Below are positions 21,794-34,824 of a stretch of 64,000 nucleotides of DNA, piece by piece. The translations under genes were made by a program, and so were the position numbers. The DNA comes from Gammaproteobacteria bacterium (GTDB taxonomy: Bacteria; Pseudomonadota; Gammaproteobacteria; JAJFKG01), in NCBI GenBank assembly GCA_965116795.1, contig OZ220716.1:192001-256000 (forward strand). The letters run 5' to 3'. The notes below the pieces were generated by a model. That model was given only the letters and a program-made list of their open reading frames with translations. It was not told the DNA's origin and ran no database searches. Positions within the stretch are counted from its first letter, which is position 1, and every line of letters starts with the position of its first letter.

Positions 21794-22543
21794 ATGCCAG
21801 TGACTTACGCACCGTTTATTAATGCTGATTGGCCAGCACCAGCCAATGTGCGCGCACTGACAACATTACGTTATCCTGGTGCAAGTCAAGCGCCGTATGC
21901 CAGTTTTAATTTAGGATCACATGTCGGTGATGTTGCAGAACACGTATTACAAAATCGCATGCAACTGCAACACACATTACAATTAACCCATCCGCCAACT
22001 TGGCTTAATCAAGTGCATGGCAACACGATCGTCGAACTGCCAATCGCAAGTGATACACCACCAACAGCTGATGGTAGTTATACACAATCTGCTAAACACG
22101 TATGTACTATCTTAACTGCCGATTGCTTGCCGATATTACTGTGTGATCTATCCGGTACCACTGTGTGTGCATTGCATGTCGGTTGGCGCGGCTTAGTGGC
22201 AAATATTATTGAAAATGCCATCGCACAATTACCCATTGCAGCAGACACGTTACTCGCTTGGTTAGGACCTGCAATTAGTGCAAGTGCATTTGAAATTGGT
22301 GATGATGTTAAACATACCTTGGCAGCCCATACCAGCGCACCTAGCAATGCATTTACTCGTAACAGCAATGGACGCTGGTATGCCGATTTACCTAAGTTAG
22401 CAACAGCACGATTACAAGCGAATGGTGTCACCCATTGTTTCGGTGGTGGTCAGTGCACAGCCAGTGACCCCAAACGTTTTTACTCCTATCGACGTGATGG
22501 ACAAACCGGACGTCAAGCGAGTTTAATTTGGCTTACCAATTAA
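21794..22543 (+). CDS. pgeF: Peptidoglycan editing factor PgeF (YfiH)
   Basis: WLNQVHG, TADCLPIL, H.GWRGL, FYSYRR. Confidence 0.93.
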   Translation: MPVTYAPFINADWPAPANVRALTTLRYPGASQAPYASFNLGSHVGDVAEHVLQNRMQLQHTLQLTHPPTWLNQVHGNTIVELPIASDTPPTADGSYTQSAKHVCTILTADCLPILLCDLSGTTVCALHVGWRGLVANIIENAIAQLPIAADTLLAWLGPAISASAFEIGDDVKHTLAAHTSAPSNAFTRNSNGRWYADLPKLATARLQANGVTHCFGGGQCTASDPKRFYSYRRDGQTGRQASLIWLTN

Positions 22544-22632
22544 ACTGTAAAAATCTTATCCTTAGCTAAGATTGTGTTCCCAGATGAAAGCACGTTAGAA
22601 TGCGACTATCCAATAACCAGTGAGACTTAAAC

Positions 22633-24063
22633 ATGAATAGATTGATCGGTTGTCGTTTTCTACTTGTTATCATAGCAATTTTATTTGGTAGCATGAGTCA
22701 TATTGAGATGACATATGCACAAAACCCAGGGCACACAGCACTCCATCAACAGAATAGTCTTGCACCGATGTTAGCCAAGGTCATGCCGTCAGTGGTTAAT
22801 ATCTCAGCACGCGGCACTATCACCGTGCCTACTGTATTGCACCCCCAACAACGCTCACCGAAAAATGATGGGGCTGACAATAATACCCCGACGCGACCTG
22901 ATGATCTGATCCCTGGCTATCCACGTAAACGTCGCTTTGAAAGCATGGGTTCTGGTGTGATCATCGATGCTAAGCAAGGATATATCTTAACAAATGCACA
23001 TCTAGTACGTGATACTGATGACATTACCGTTACCTTAAGTGATAGTCGTCATTTAGATGCCAAATTAATTGGGATTGATAATCCATCGGATGTTGCTGTG
23101 GTACAAATCAAAGCTGATCGATTAAACGCAGTCACCTTAGCTGATTCGGATACGTTACAAGTCGGTGATTTTGTCGCAGCCATTGGCAACCCATTTGGAT
23201 TAAAACAAACTGTCACCTCTGGGATTGTATCCGGTCTTGAACGTAATGATATTGGCATTGAAGGCTATGAAAACTTTATTCAAACCGATGCTCCGATTAA
23301 TCCTGGTAATTCAGGTGGTGCATTAGTTGATTTAAATGGACATTTAATTGGGATTAATACCGCCATTTTGGCGCCTGACGGTGGTAATATCGGTATTGGA
23401 TTCGCTATTCCAGTCAATATGGCAACTGCTGTTATGCAGCAGTTAATCGATCATGGGCGGATTAAACGTGGCATGATGGGGGTAATCGTTCAAACCCTAA
23501 CACCTGAATTAGCCGACGGATTTCATGCAAGTGGAAAATCAGGAGGCGTGATCACTGAAGTCAAAGCGTATTCGTCTGCGCAAAAAGCCGGATTAAAAGT
23601 CGGTGACATTATTACATCAGTTAATGGCAAATCGATTACTAGCGCCAATCAAGTTCGCAATATTATTGGCTTAGTACCTATTGGCAATACAGTGAAAGTT
23701 AAGATATTGCGTCGTGGTAAACCAATGACATTGTCAACCAAAGTCATGGATCCTAAAGCCTATAATGAATTAGCTGAACACAATAACCCATTTTTATTTG
23801 GTGCAATTTATAATGATTTTAATATCCATACTGCCAGCATCGGCGATATCCGTGGCGTGCAATTATTACAATTGTCGCAAAATAGCCCATTAGCACGCGC
23901 TAATCTACATCCGGGCGATATTATCATTGCAGTCAATGGTGCCCATACACCAGACTACCCTGCATTGCAAAAAATTGCAAAAGCTACACATGCAAAACAC
24001 TTAGTAGTACATGTAGTTAGAGCCAGTGGTGAAGCGTTCTATAAAGTGATAAATCGATCATAA
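22633..24063 (+). CDS. degQ: Do/DegQ family serine endoprotease with two PDZ domains
   Basis: SLAPML.KVMPSVVNI, TNAHLV, QTDAPINPGNSGGAL. Confidence 0.9.
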   Translation: MNRLIGCRFLLVIIAILFGSMSHIEMTYAQNPGHTALHQQNSLAPMLAKVMPSVVNISARGTITVPTVLHPQQRSPKNDGADNNTPTRPDDLIPGYPRKRRFESMGSGVIIDAKQGYILTNAHLVRDTDDITVTLSDSRHLDAKLIGIDNPSDVAVVQIKADRLNAVTLADSDTLQVGDFVAAIGNPFGLKQTVTSGIVSGLERNDIGIEGYENFIQTDAPINPGNSGGALVDLNGHLIGINTAILAPDGGNIGIGFAIPVNMATAVMQQLIDHGRIKRGMMGVIVQTLTPELADGFHASGKSGGVITEVKAYSSAQKAGLKVGDIITSVNGKSITSANQVRNIIGLVPIGNTVKVKILRRGKPMTLSTKVMDPKAYNELAEHNNPFLFGAIYNDFNIHTASIGDIRGVQLLQLSQNSPLARANLHPGDIIIAVNGAHTPDYPALQKIAKATHAKHLVVHVVRASGEAFYKVINRS

Positions 24064-24080
24064 CTACCGAAGAAGCGTTT

Positions 24081-24350
24081 TTATTCCATCTCACCAAAAC
24101 GATTTTGGAATAATTGGTAAAGTTGAGCCCATGCATCTTGCTCATCAATGCCATCTATTATTAACGTAAGTGATGTATCTTTAGTGGCACCCAGTGTCAT
24201 CACACTCATAATGCTCTTACCATCGACAGTACGTTGTTCATGGACTATTTCAATACGACTACGAAAATGTTTAGCTAGATTAACAAACTTAGTCGCAGCA
24301 CGTGCATGTAATCCCAATTTATTAATGACAGTTACTGTTTTCTTTATCAT
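24081..24350 (-). CDS. ptsH: HPr/NPr family phosphocarrier
   Basis: NKLGLHARAA, DGKSIMSVMTLGA. Confidence 0.88.
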   Translation of the reverse strand: MIKKTVTVINKLGLHARAATKFVNLAKHFRSRIEIVHEQRTVDGKSIMSVMTLGATKDTSLTLIIDGIDEQDAWAQLYQLFQNRFGEME

Positions 24351-24371
24351 CGTTTATTACTTTTTTTCAAC

Positions 24372-24887
24372 TTACAACGGTTCATCATCATTTAAATCAG
24401 ATAGATCATCATCCCTAGCTAAGTGAGCACGCTCATGATCTAATACGATTTGATATAACTGATGTTCATCTGTTGCTGCACGTAACGTGCTACAAATATT
24501 AGGATCACTTAACATGTTGGCAATTGTCGCTAAGATTTGTATATGTTCATCTTGTGCGGATTCTGGAACAAACAATGGAAAAAATAAATCAATAGGCTGA
24601 CCATCACGCGCATCGTAATCAATAGGGTTAACTAATTGCAATAACATCACCAACGGTTGATTAATCTCAGCAAAACGAATGTGTGGGATTGCCACACCGT
24701 GCCCAATTGCAGTACTGCCTAACCGTTCACGTGCAATAAATAAATCAAAAATATTCATTGGTGTTACGTCAGCTAACTCAGCTGCACACAATTGACTGAT
24801 GTGCTCCAGCACACGCTTACGGCTATCCAGTTTAAGCTGCACAAAACAATGGGATGGGGATAAAATGCGACTAAGTTGTGTAATCAA
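24372..24887 (-). CDS. ptsN: PTS IIA(Ntr)
   Basis: RERLGSTAIGHGVAIPH; in the rpoN operon. Confidence 0.92.
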   Translation of the reverse strand: MITQLSRILSPSHCFVQLKLDSRKRVLEHISQLCAAELADVTPMNIFDLFIARERLGSTAIGHGVAIPHIRFAEINQPLVMLLQLVNPIDYDARDGQPIDLFFPLFVPESAQDEHIQILATIANMLSDPNICSTLRAATDEHQLYQIVLDHERAHLARDDDLSDLNDDEPL

Positions 24888-24907
24888 AGTATGTTACCGA
24901 AATGATC

Positions 24908-25249
24908 TTATTGTTTGTCTATTGATTTACCGACTAAATTTTTTAACCATGATACCCGATGATGGCTTGTTAGTTTACGTTTATGTTTTTTTACTTGACG
25001 ATCAAGCCGATCTACCATGATATCCAGTGCTTTATACATGTCATCATCTGCGCCTTTTGCATTAATGTCAATACCCGACAAATGCAAATTTGCTTCAGCA
25101 ATTTGGCGTATGTGTTTCTCCACAGTAAAAATCACATGCACATTCAAAATAGGCAATGAATGACGCTGGATTCTATCTAACTTTTCAATGGTTAATTGTT
25201 TTAGTGCGGGAGTAATCTCAACCCTCCGACCTGTAAACTCAATGTCCAT
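24908..25249 (-). CDS. hpf: Ribosome hibernation promoting factor
   Basis: MDIEFTG..VEITPAL, DMYKALD...DRLDRQ.KKHK; downstream of rpoN. Confidence 0.92.
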   Translation of the reverse strand: MDIEFTGRRVEITPALKQLTIEKLDRIQRHSLPILNVHVIFTVEKHIRQIAEANLHLSGIDINAKGADDDMYKALDIMVDRLDRQVKKHKRKLTSHHRVSWLKNLVGKSIDKQ

Positions 25250-25284
25250 ACAGTCTCCCCATTGTGCAAATTCATACGTTGTTA

Positions 25285-26709
25285 TTATACCCAGCTCTTA
25301 CGTTCATTTGAAGGTGGGATTTGCAAACTTTCACGATACTTAGCCACTGTACGTCTTGCGACATTAATCCCTTGAATTGCTAGCAAGTCAGCAATTTTAC
25401 TATCACTTAATGGCTTTTTACGATCTTCTGCTGCTACGAATCGCTTGATAAATGCACGAATCGCTGTTGACGAACACTCACCACCACTACGCGTACTCAC
25501 ATGACTAGAGAAAAAATATTTTAATTCAAAAACACCACGTGGTGTATGCATATATTTCTGAGTAGTGACTCGTGATATTGTCGATTCGTGCAACTCAACT
25601 TTCTGCGCAACATCTTGCAAGATCATCGGTTTCATTGCTTCTTCACCATATTCAAAAAAGGCATGTTGCGCTTCAAGAATACATTCAGCAACTTTCAACA
25701 GTGTTTCATTACGACTTTGTATACTCTTAATAAACCAACGGGCTTCCTGCAAATGATTGCGTAATAATGTACTATCTGCTACATCACGTGCATGTCGAAT
25801 AAAACCAGCATACTGCGTATTAATGCGTAATTTTGGCATTGAGACATCATTAAGAATTGCTATCCATTTGCCATGCTGCTTGCGCACAATCACATCTGGG
25901 ATAACATAGCTAGCTTGAGTTGGATTAATTGCATTACCAGGACGCGGATTTAATTTTTGAATTAATTGCATCACACAGTTAAAATCAGATTCTGACAAGG
26001 TTGTTAATCGCATAATTTTTTCATAATCGCGCTTTCCTAATAAAGCAATATGATCCTTTAACACCACCATTGCTTGATCACGCCAAGGTGACTCACTGGG
26101 TAATTGCTGTAATTGTCGCAATAAACATTCACGCAGATTGCGTGCACCAACGCCACAGGGATCAAAGTTTTGTATTTGATGTAAAACAACTTCTACTTCA
26201 TCTAAACTGATTGGCTCATTACTGTACACACTTTCTAAAATATCCATCAAGCTGCATTGTAAAAACCCATCTTCAGCAATCGCATCGATAATGGCCATCG
26301 CAATCGCTTTGTCACGTGGCGTAAACGGTGCCAATTCCATTTGCCAGTACAAATGATCACGTAGTGTTGTTTTAGTCGCATGCAAATGTTCAAATGAATC
26401 ACCAGGCATATCGTTACGCTTGCCACGTATGGCAACTTTAGTTTGGTAACTTTCATCGAATGTTGTTTGTATTGTGCTATTGGTAGCATTATCACTGCTA
26501 GCATTAGCTGATAACTGTGTGGTTGATGAAGATGTTTGTTCACTTGTATTATTAGCTTCTTCAGCTTCTAACATCATGTTAGATTCAAGTGCTTGTTGAA
26601 TTTCTGTTTGCAAGTCCAGTGTAGACAGCTGTAATAATCGAATCGCTTGTTGCAATTGTGGAGTTAGCGTCAGTTGTTGCCCCAAACGAAGCTGCATTTC
26701 TGGTTTCAT
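25285..26709 (-). CDS. rpoN: RNA polymerase sigma-54 factor
   Basis: LTPQLQQAIRLLQLS, HESTISR, ARRTVAKYRE (RpoN box). Confidence 0.98.
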   Translation of the reverse strand: MKPEMQLRLGQQLTLTPQLQQAIRLLQLSTLDLQTEIQQALESNMMLEAEEANNTSEQTSSSTTQLSANASSDNATNSTIQTTFDESYQTKVAIRGKRNDMPGDSFEHLHATKTTLRDHLYWQMELAPFTPRDKAIAMAIIDAIAEDGFLQCSLMDILESVYSNEPISLDEVEVVLHQIQNFDPCGVGARNLRECLLRQLQQLPSESPWRDQAMVVLKDHIALLGKRDYEKIMRLTTLSESDFNCVMQLIQKLNPRPGNAINPTQASYVIPDVIVRKQHGKWIAILNDVSMPKLRINTQYAGFIRHARDVADSTLLRNHLQEARWFIKSIQSRNETLLKVAECILEAQHAFFEYGEEAMKPMILQDVAQKVELHESTISRVTTQKYMHTPRGVFELKYFFSSHVSTRSGGECSSTAIRAFIKRFVAAEDRKKPLSDSKIADLLAIQGINVARRTVAKYRESLQIPPSNERKSWV

Positions 26710-26958
26710 GATTCACATCCTTGTGATAATGATTGCCAACAATAATGTTAAGTCTAATCTAAGAATGACAGCTGTAAATGAAACACTCCTATATATTGCA
26801 CAGTTAGTGACATTATTATTGTGTTTGATTTAACCAAAGTTACCAATTTTAGTTGGCTGCTCAAGTAGATAGTCTATTTGTAAAAAGTGAATGGTAATTA
26901 CTAGTTAAACTTGAATATTATTCATTATTTTCTTGATTTTTGCAGTCAAGCGAGACAG

Positions 26959-27032
26959 TCTCTACATAAGTAATGCAATTATTTCACCCTTATAACCGTT
27001 GGAAAGAAGCAGTTGCGTTACTTATGTAGAGA
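26959..27032. repeat. 74-bp hairpin element, family E
   Basis: TCTCTACATAAGTAATGCAATT / AGTTGCGTTACTTATGTAGAGA; both arms resemble the sequence flanking the REP pair at about 12533-12738. Confidence 0.75.
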
Positions 27033-27069
27033 TCTATGGGCTCTCCAGAATGATGGTGTGCAAAGAAGG

Positions 27070-27198
27070 TATAGACTCAAGCAATTGGATTGTAGGCAAG
27101 GCGGCAAGCGATTTTGCCACGGGAGTGTATATAAACATACATGACTGTGGCAAAATCGCGTAGCCAACAAAGTCTACAATTCAAGGGCGCCGAGTATA
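27070..27198 (+). repeat. Full-length ERIC/IRU-like MITE, family A
   Basis: TATA ends, AAGGCGGCAA, GGAGTGTAT-loop-ATACATGAC, TAGCCAAC; 129 bp; abuts the lptB stop. Confidence 0.9.
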
Positions 27199-27924
27199 TT
27201 ACAAATTAAATTCTTCACCCAGATAAACATCACGCACTTTTTTATTCGCCAATATGGTATCAGCCGTGCCTTCACAGATAATTTGCCCTTCACTGACAAT
27301 ATATGCACGCTCACAAATATCCAGTGTTTCTCTAACATTATGATCAGTAATCAATACACCAATCTCACGTTCGCGCAAATGCCGAATAATGTTTTTAATA
27401 TCAACAACAGAGATTGGATCAACACCAGCAAACGGTTCATCCAATAAAATAAACGTTGGATCAGTTGCTAATGCACGCGCAATTTCAACTCGACGACGTT
27501 CACCACCTGATAAACTCAAGCCAAGATTACGACGAATATGAGTCAAATGAAATTCTGCTAACAATTTTTCGCATAATGTTTCACGCTGTTGGCGAGTCAA
27601 TGCTTTACGTAACTCCAAAATAGCCATAATATTCTTTTCAACTGACAATTTGCGAAAGACTGATGCTTCTTGCGGCAAATAACTAATGCCAAGACGGGCA
27701 CGTTGGTGCATGGGTAGTGTAGTTACATTAGCATCATCGATAAAAACATCTCCTGCTTCACCCATGATCAAGCCAACTATCATGTAAAAACTAGTAGTCT
27801 TACCGGCACCATTAGGTCCTAATAAACCAACAATTTCACCGTTATTAACCGATAACGACACTCCGTTCACGACCAAACGAGATTTATAAGTTTTTTGTAA
27901 ATTGACTGCCCGTAACGTTCCCAT
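27199..27924 (-). CDS. lptB: LPS export ABC transporter ATPase
   Basis: [57 protein letters not shown]. Confidence 0.97.
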   Translation of the reverse strand: MGTLRAVNLQKTYKSRLVVNGVSLSVNNGEIVGLLGPNGAGKTTSFYMIVGLIMGEAGDVFIDDANVTTLPMHQRARLGISYLPQEASVFRKLSVEKNIMAILELRKALTRQQRETLCEKLLAEFHLTHIRRNLGLSLSGGERRRVEIARALATDPTFILLDEPFAGVDPISVVDIKNIIRHLREREIGVLITDHNVRETLDICERAYIVSEGQIICEGTADTILANKKVRDVYLGEEFNL

Positions 27925-27944
27925 TGATAATCACCTTGTTAAAC

Positions 27945-28126
27945 TATAGCTTTTCAGAAAAATAAATTAGATTTTATCATTTCATCTTGAGTTCATCTAG
28001 CCGCGTTGCTCATTCAAAAAATACTCAAAATAGCTCAACTATTCTTCCGCTTTTTTTCAATCGCAACCCGACTACCTAAACACAATCTGAACGCTAAAAC
28101 TCAATTTATTTTTCTGAAAAGCTATA
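27945..28126. repeat. 182-bp Correia-like MITE, family D copy 2
   Basis: Reverse complement of 2221-2402 at roughly 90% identity; TIR TATAGCTTTTCAGAAAAATAAATT. Confidence 0.92.
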
Positions 28127-28141
28127 AATTCCGCATTAGCG

Positions 28142-28783
28142 CTACTGTAATTCGTAGCGCCCTCGCATTTGCGATAAAAATGTAATTTCCCCAGTATTTA
28201 AATTGGCTTTCATGCCCACTGCATTCACTTGATTGCTATTACTTTGTTTAATCTCTACTGGTTTTGCAGTATCAGCTAAACGTGTCTTTGGATAATAAGT
28301 TAATTCACTGGTAACTAACACTGTACCTAAATTAGTATTACTCTTGGCTTGCGAGATATGCACATTTCCCCATAAAAATAATACATCACCACCTTCACGC
28401 AATTGACCATGTTCAGCATTAATTACCCAAGGTGGTTTTGTATGATGTGTTTGGCTATTACCATTTACTGCTAACATCCCACCTATATCCAACGTATCAC
28501 TGACTCCATCATCAGTTGTGTTGTATAAAATAGCACGAGGCACGGTTAAGTCAGTAATATTGTTGGGGTAACGTATCGCTTTATCAGCATAATAACGACT
28601 TTTAACATTGCCTTGATTATCTAATTCAGATAATACCAAGTGTGTTGCATACGCTTCAGGCGTATCTGGATCGAGTTTTCGTTGGATTACATCATCTTGA
28701 GTCACTTGAACGACTAACCAAATACCAAAGATCCCAACAAGTATTAAGCCGAGCAAATAATAACTTCTGGTTATCCACATCAT
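28142..28783 (-). CDS. lptC: LPS export periplasmic protein LptC
   Basis: N-terminal TM, beta-jellyroll pattern (PW.I.A..G, L.GNV.I, T..PVEI, GM.ANL); follows kdsC. Confidence 0.85.
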   Translation of the reverse strand: MMWITRSYYLLGLILVGIFGIWLVVQVTQDDVIQRKLDPDTPEAYATHLVLSELDNQGNVKSRYYADKAIRYPNNITDLTVPRAILYNTTDDGVSDTLDIGGMLAVNGNSQTHHTKPPWVINAEHGQLREGGDVLFLWGNVHISQAKSNTNLGTVLVTSELTYYPKTRLADTAKPVEIKQSNSNQVNAVGMKANLNTGEITFLSQMRGRYELQ

Positions 28784-29316
28784 TCGAGGTAACGTTCTAA
28801 TAAGGTTGGTAATAAATCTTGCGCTATTAGAATTAAGTCACACACTTCTCGTGCAGCGCCATCGCCTCCTTTATGCGTTGTTTGCCAATGCGCATACTCG
28901 GCAACATACTCTATTGCATTAGCTACTGCTATGCTTAAACCCACTTGACACATCACTGGCAAATCAATAATATCATCACCGACATAAGCAATTTGTTCGT
29001 CTTTTAATGCTAATTTATCACGCAATTCACGATACGCTACACGCTTATCGTCCTGGCCTTGATAAACATGTTTGATCCCTAATTGATTCATTCGTTTGTC
29101 TAGCAATGGTGAACGTCGTTTGGTAATAATGCCAACGTGTAATCCCATTTGCTGCAGAGCAACAATTCCAATACCATCATGCACATGAAAACCTTTACAT
29201 TCCAGATCAGAATCGTAATAGTACAAAGTGCCATCTGACAGTACACCATCAACATCAAAGATAACTAATTTAATTTGACGTGCACGCTCGAGCACAGATT
29301 CTGCAATAGATTGCAT
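28780..29316 (-). CDS. kdsC: KDO 8-phosphate phosphatase
   Basis: IFDVDGVLSDG HAD motif, AYVGDD..DLP, GG.GAAREVCD; ATG overlaps the kdsD stop. Confidence 0.94.
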   Translation of the reverse strand: MQSIAESVLERARQIKLVIFDVDGVLSDGTLYYYDSDLECKGFHVHDGIGIVALQQMGLHVGIITKRRSPLLDKRMNQLGIKHVYQGQDDKRVAYRELRDKLALKDEQIAYVGDDIIDLPVMCQVGLSIAVANAIEYVAEYAHWQTTHKGGDGAAREVCDLILIAQDLLPTLLERYLE

Positions 29317-30305
29317 CACACTACTCCTGCTTGCAATAACGTGTGCATATGCAATACCCCACACAACTTATTACTATCATCTAATACAACTAATGATGTG
29401 ATCTTATTTTGTTGCATTTTACTTAATGCATCCACAGCTAATATAGCTGGGGTTACACATTTAAACTCTGATGTCATGACCTCATCGATAGTCACTGTAT
29501 GCAAATCAGATACGCTTTCAATAGTGCGCCGTAAATCCCCATCTGTATACAATCCAATAACGTTATATTGTTTATCAACAACAATGGTCATGCCTAACCG
29601 TTTCTCAGTCATCTCCACAAGTGCTACGGTTAATGCCGTACCACTGACCACCTGTGGAATAGCATCACCAGTCACCATTAAATCACTTACATGCAATAAT
29701 AAACGTCGCCCTAAGGTACCGCTGGGATGTGATAGTGCAAAATCGTTAGCAGTAAAGTTACGTGCTTTTAACAGTGCGATCGCTAATGCATCACCCATGG
29801 CTAATGTTGCCGTGGTGCTCGCTGTTGGGGCTAATCCTAGTGGGCATGCTTCTTTGGTAATGCTGACGTCAATGTGCACAGTTGCTGTTGTTGCTAATAC
29901 AGAGTGTGGACTGCCAGTCATTGCAATTAGCGGGATCTTGAGACGTTTAATTAAGGGTAATAATGCGAGTAACTCATCAGTACGTCCAGAATTAGATAAC
30001 ACTAATAACACATCTTGTTGAGTAATCATGCCCATATCGCCATGGCTGGCTTCACCAGGATGTACAAAAAAAGCAGGAGTGCCCGTGCTGGCAAGGGTAG
30101 CAGCAATTTTGCGAGCAATATGTCCTGATTTGCCCATACCACTGACAATCACCCGCCCTTGGCAGCCAAGACAATAACGGCAGGCTGTTATAAATGTATC
30201 ATCAATGCGGGTGGCCAAATCAGCAAGTGCAGCTTGCTCAATCTCGATTACTGACAAGCCTGCTGTGCGTAATATATCGTCATCTGCTGTGTTAGGGGTG
30301 TTCAT
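29316..30305 (-). CDS. kdsD: Arabinose 5-phosphate isomerase
   Basis: GMGKSGHIARKIAATLASTGTP, HPGEASHGD, CBS domains. Confidence 0.96.
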   Translation of the reverse strand: MNTPNTADDDILRTAGLSVIEIEQAALADLATRIDDTFITACRYCLGCQGRVIVSGMGKSGHIARKIAATLASTGTPAFFVHPGEASHGDMGMITQQDVLLVLSNSGRTDELLALLPLIKRLKIPLIAMTGSPHSVLATTATVHIDVSITKEACPLGLAPTASTTATLAMGDALAIALLKARNFTANDFALSHPSGTLGRRLLLHVSDLMVTGDAIPQVVSGTALTVALVEMTEKRLGMTIVVDKQYNVIGLYTDGDLRRTIESVSDLHTVTIDEVMTSEFKCVTPAILAVDALSKMQQNKITSLVVLDDSNKLCGVLHMHTLLQAGVV

Positions 30306-30449
30306 AAGATAGGATTAGTAACTCACCGTGATAATATCGAGGCCAGATTATAGCGTAGTACTAGAGCAAAATCACCAATTGCTGCTAAGCTGTTAACAAG
30401 CTACCTTATAAGCTAACTGACTGTTTCATCAAATGATTATGATGTTGGA

Positions 30450-31265
30450 ATGACAATGACTGAACCTACACCTCTGGTAACTATAGATAACTTACACTAC
30501 CGACGTGGTAACACGGTTATCTTTAACAACGCATCGCTACATATTCCTCGTGGGAAAATCACGGCGATCATGGGCCCCAGTGGTACGGGTAAAACCACAT
30601 TACTTAAACTAATTGGGGCAAAGCTTACTCCTAACCGTGGTCAAATTCATGTAAATGGACATGCCATACATGATTTATCACGCCACCAATTATATGAACT
30701 GCGTAAACAAATCGGTATGTTATTTCAAAATGGTGCGCTCTTTACCCACCTGAGCACATTTGACAATGTTGCTTTTCCATTACGTGAACACACGACTTTA
30801 CCAGAAAGTATGATTCGTGATTTAGTATTAATGAAATTAAATGCAGTGGGATTGCGCGGCGCTATTAACTTAATGCCCAGCGAACTATCTGGCGGCATGG
30901 CAAGACGTGTTGCACTAGCCCGTGCAATTATTTTAGATCCGATGTTAATTATGTATGATGAACCATTTACCGGACAAGATCCGATTTCGTTAGGGGTATT
31001 AGTCAAATTAATTCGCCAAATTAACGATAGCCTTGGTATGACATCTATTATCGTGTCACACGATGTCAATGAAACTATGGAAATCGCTGATTACATTTAT
31101 ATTATTGCCAACGGTGATGTCGTTGGACACGGCAGCCCTGCGATTTTACAACACAGTGCTAATCCATTCGTATCACAATTCATGCATGGCTTACCTGATG
31201 GTGTTGTGCCATTTCATTATCCTGCAGATGATTTTAAACAACAATTACTCGAGGAACCGGTGTAA
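30450..31265 (+). CDS. mlaF: Mla ABC transporter ATPase
   Basis: [45 protein letters not shown]. Confidence 0.95.
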   Translation: MTMTEPTPLVTIDNLHYRRGNTVIFNNASLHIPRGKITAIMGPSGTGKTTLLKLIGAKLTPNRGQIHVNGHAIHDLSRHQLYELRKQIGMLFQNGALFTHLSTFDNVAFPLREHTTLPESMIRDLVLMKLNAVGLRGAINLMPSELSGGMARRVALARAIILDPMLIMYDEPFTGQDPISLGVLVKLIRQINDSLGMTSIIVSHDVNETMEIADYIYIIANGDVVGHGSPAILQHSANPFVSQFMHGLPDGVVPFHYPADDFKQQLLEEPV

Positions 31266-32047
31266 TGCTCACTTTAATTCAAAAGCTCGGTTACATTAGC
31301 ATTCAATATTGTCAACACTTTGGACGATCCGGTGTATTTCTATCACGTGTTCTGCTAAGACAACCACGTATATTAAAATCTGTTCCATTAATTATTCGCG
31401 AAATATATAACGTTGGCGTGCTGTCATTAGTCATTATTGTATTATCCGGTGTATTTATTGGTATGGTGGTTGGTCTTCAAGGTCATACTATTCTTGTTAA
31501 ATTCAGTGCTGATCAAGAATTAGGACAACTGGTTGCGCTCAGTGTCATCCGTGAATTAGGCCCTGTGGTAACCGCACTATTGTTTGCAGGACGTGCTGGC
31601 TCGGCATTAACTGCTGAAATTGGTTTAATGAAAACCACCGAACAACTCGATAGTATGGAAATGATCGGAGTCGACCCACTATGGCGGATTATCTCTCCAC
31701 GTTTTTGGGCAGGCTGCATTGCAGTACCAGGATTAACAGTCATCTTTAGTGCTGTTGCCATTTTAGGTGGTTATTTTATTGGTGTGGAATGGTTAGATGT
31801 TGATGCTGGCGCCTTTTGGACAAGTATGCAAACAGCCGTTGACTTTCGTATTGATGTCATTAATAGTTTAATCAAAAGTGTCGTGTTTGGCATAGTAATC
31901 ACTTGGATTGCAATTTATCAAGGTTACGATACGGTACCAACTGCTGAAGGCGTAGGACGTGCAACAACACGTACCGTTGTTTACTCGTCACTGGCCGTGC
32001 TTGGACTCGACTTCACATTAACTGCAATCATGTTAGGAGGCTGGTAA
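31265..32047 (+). CDS. mlaE: Mla ABC transporter permease
   Basis: [38 protein letters not shown]. Confidence 0.96.
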   Translation: MLTLIQKLGYISIQYCQHFGRSGVFLSRVLLRQPRILKSVPLIIREIYNVGVLSLVIIVLSGVFIGMVVGLQGHTILVKFSADQELGQLVALSVIRELGPVVTALLFAGRAGSALTAEIGLMKTTEQLDSMEMIGVDPLWRIISPRFWAGCIAVPGLTVIFSAVAILGGYFIGVEWLDVDAGAFWTSMQTAVDFRIDVINSLIKSVVFGIVITWIAIYQGYDTVPTAEGVGRATTRTVVYSSLAVLGLDFTLTAIMLGGW

Positions 32048-32517
32048 TGGTGCGTGAAAAATACATTGAAACTGCAGTTGGTTTATTTATGTTAGCTGCA
32101 ATCATTGCCATGTTAGTTCTGGCATTTAAAGTTAGTGGATTAAATTTATCATTAGGTAGAAGCAGTTATAGCGTAACAGCTAGCTTTGCTAATATCGGTA
32201 ATTTAAAACCCCGTGCTGAAGTATCATTAGCTGGTGTTAAAATTGGTGAAGTTCAATACATTGAACTTGATACTAATGATTACATGGCAAAGATTACCAT
32301 GGTTATCGATGCAAATGCTGATGCCATTCCAACAGACTCCACAGCAAGCATCCTAACATCTGGTTTAATAGGTGCAAATTATGTGAGTTTAACCCCTGGG
32401 TTTGAAGATGCTTATTTAAAAAATGGAGATCATATTAGTAATACTAACCAAGCATTAATTTTAGAAAATCTAATTGGTCAATTGCTATTTAGCTTAAAAG
32501 ATAAATCATCAAAGTGA
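32047..32517 (+). CDS. mlaD: MCE protein MlaD
   Basis: ETAVGLF, F.NIGNLK, GVKIG.V, TSGLIGANY. Confidence 0.94.
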   Translation: MVREKYIETAVGLFMLAAIIAMLVLAFKVSGLNLSLGRSSYSVTASFANIGNLKPRAEVSLAGVKIGEVQYIELDTNDYMAKITMVIDANADAIPTDSTASILTSGLIGANYVSLTPGFEDAYLKNGDHISNTNQALILENLIGQLLFSLKDKSSK

Positions 32518-32527
32518 GGATATAATT

Positions 32528-33189
32528 ATGACACCATATACTACTACCCGACGTTTACCACTATCACGTTATCTTGCATTAGTTATTAGTGTCATTTTAG
32601 CGGGAATCATGCTGCAATCTCATGCTGCCACATCAGGTACAACAACAAATTCAACAGATTCACCAGAAGAAATTGTTAAAAACACCTCGGATGAAGTCAT
32701 TTCACAATTATGCAAAGAACCGAATATCGCTAATAATATTCCGACAGCTTACGCTATCATTAAAAAGTATGCTGCACCTTATATGGATAATGTTGGTATG
32801 GCACGCTCAGTACTTGGGCGTCAACGGTGGAAAGCAACTAGTGCGTCTCAACAACGACGTTTTACTGACACATTTAAAGTAACTGTGATGCGTACGTATG
32901 CAGTTGCCTTGTCTCAATACACCAACGAAACCGTACGTGTGTTACCACTACGTGGCAACCAACAACAATCTCGTGTTATTGTTAAAACCCAGATTTTAGG
33001 CAATGGACCTACTGTTGCGGTTAATTACCGCTTGGTTCGTAAAAATGATGGTTGGAAAGTGTATGACTTTGATGTGGAAGGCGTTAGTATGTTACGCAGT
33101 TTTCGCAGTCAATTTGCTGAGGAACTTGCTAGAAATAATAGCCTAGATGCATTAATTAATACGCTACAGCAACATAATCGTGACGTCAA

Positions 33190-33193
<4 letters not shown>
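32528..33193 (+). CDS. mlaC: Phospholipid-binding protein MlaC
   Basis: MARSVLG..W, WKVYDF.VEGVSM..SFRSQF. Confidence 0.92.
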
Positions 33194-34784
<1,591 letters not shown>

Positions 34785-34824
34785 TAGTGAAGTACTATTC
34801 GGGAAAACGTCAAAGGAAAGATAC

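Noticed and set aside
24081-24887. Absence of rapZ between ptsN and HPr, of maf/rng after mreD, and of ibaG before murA
   Set aside because: Common lineage-level operon variation, with no scar at these junctions
29275-30021. 248-aa plus-strand ORF
   Set aside because: Antisense shadow of kdsD with no motif or RBS support; the same applies to the other antisense ORFs in the track
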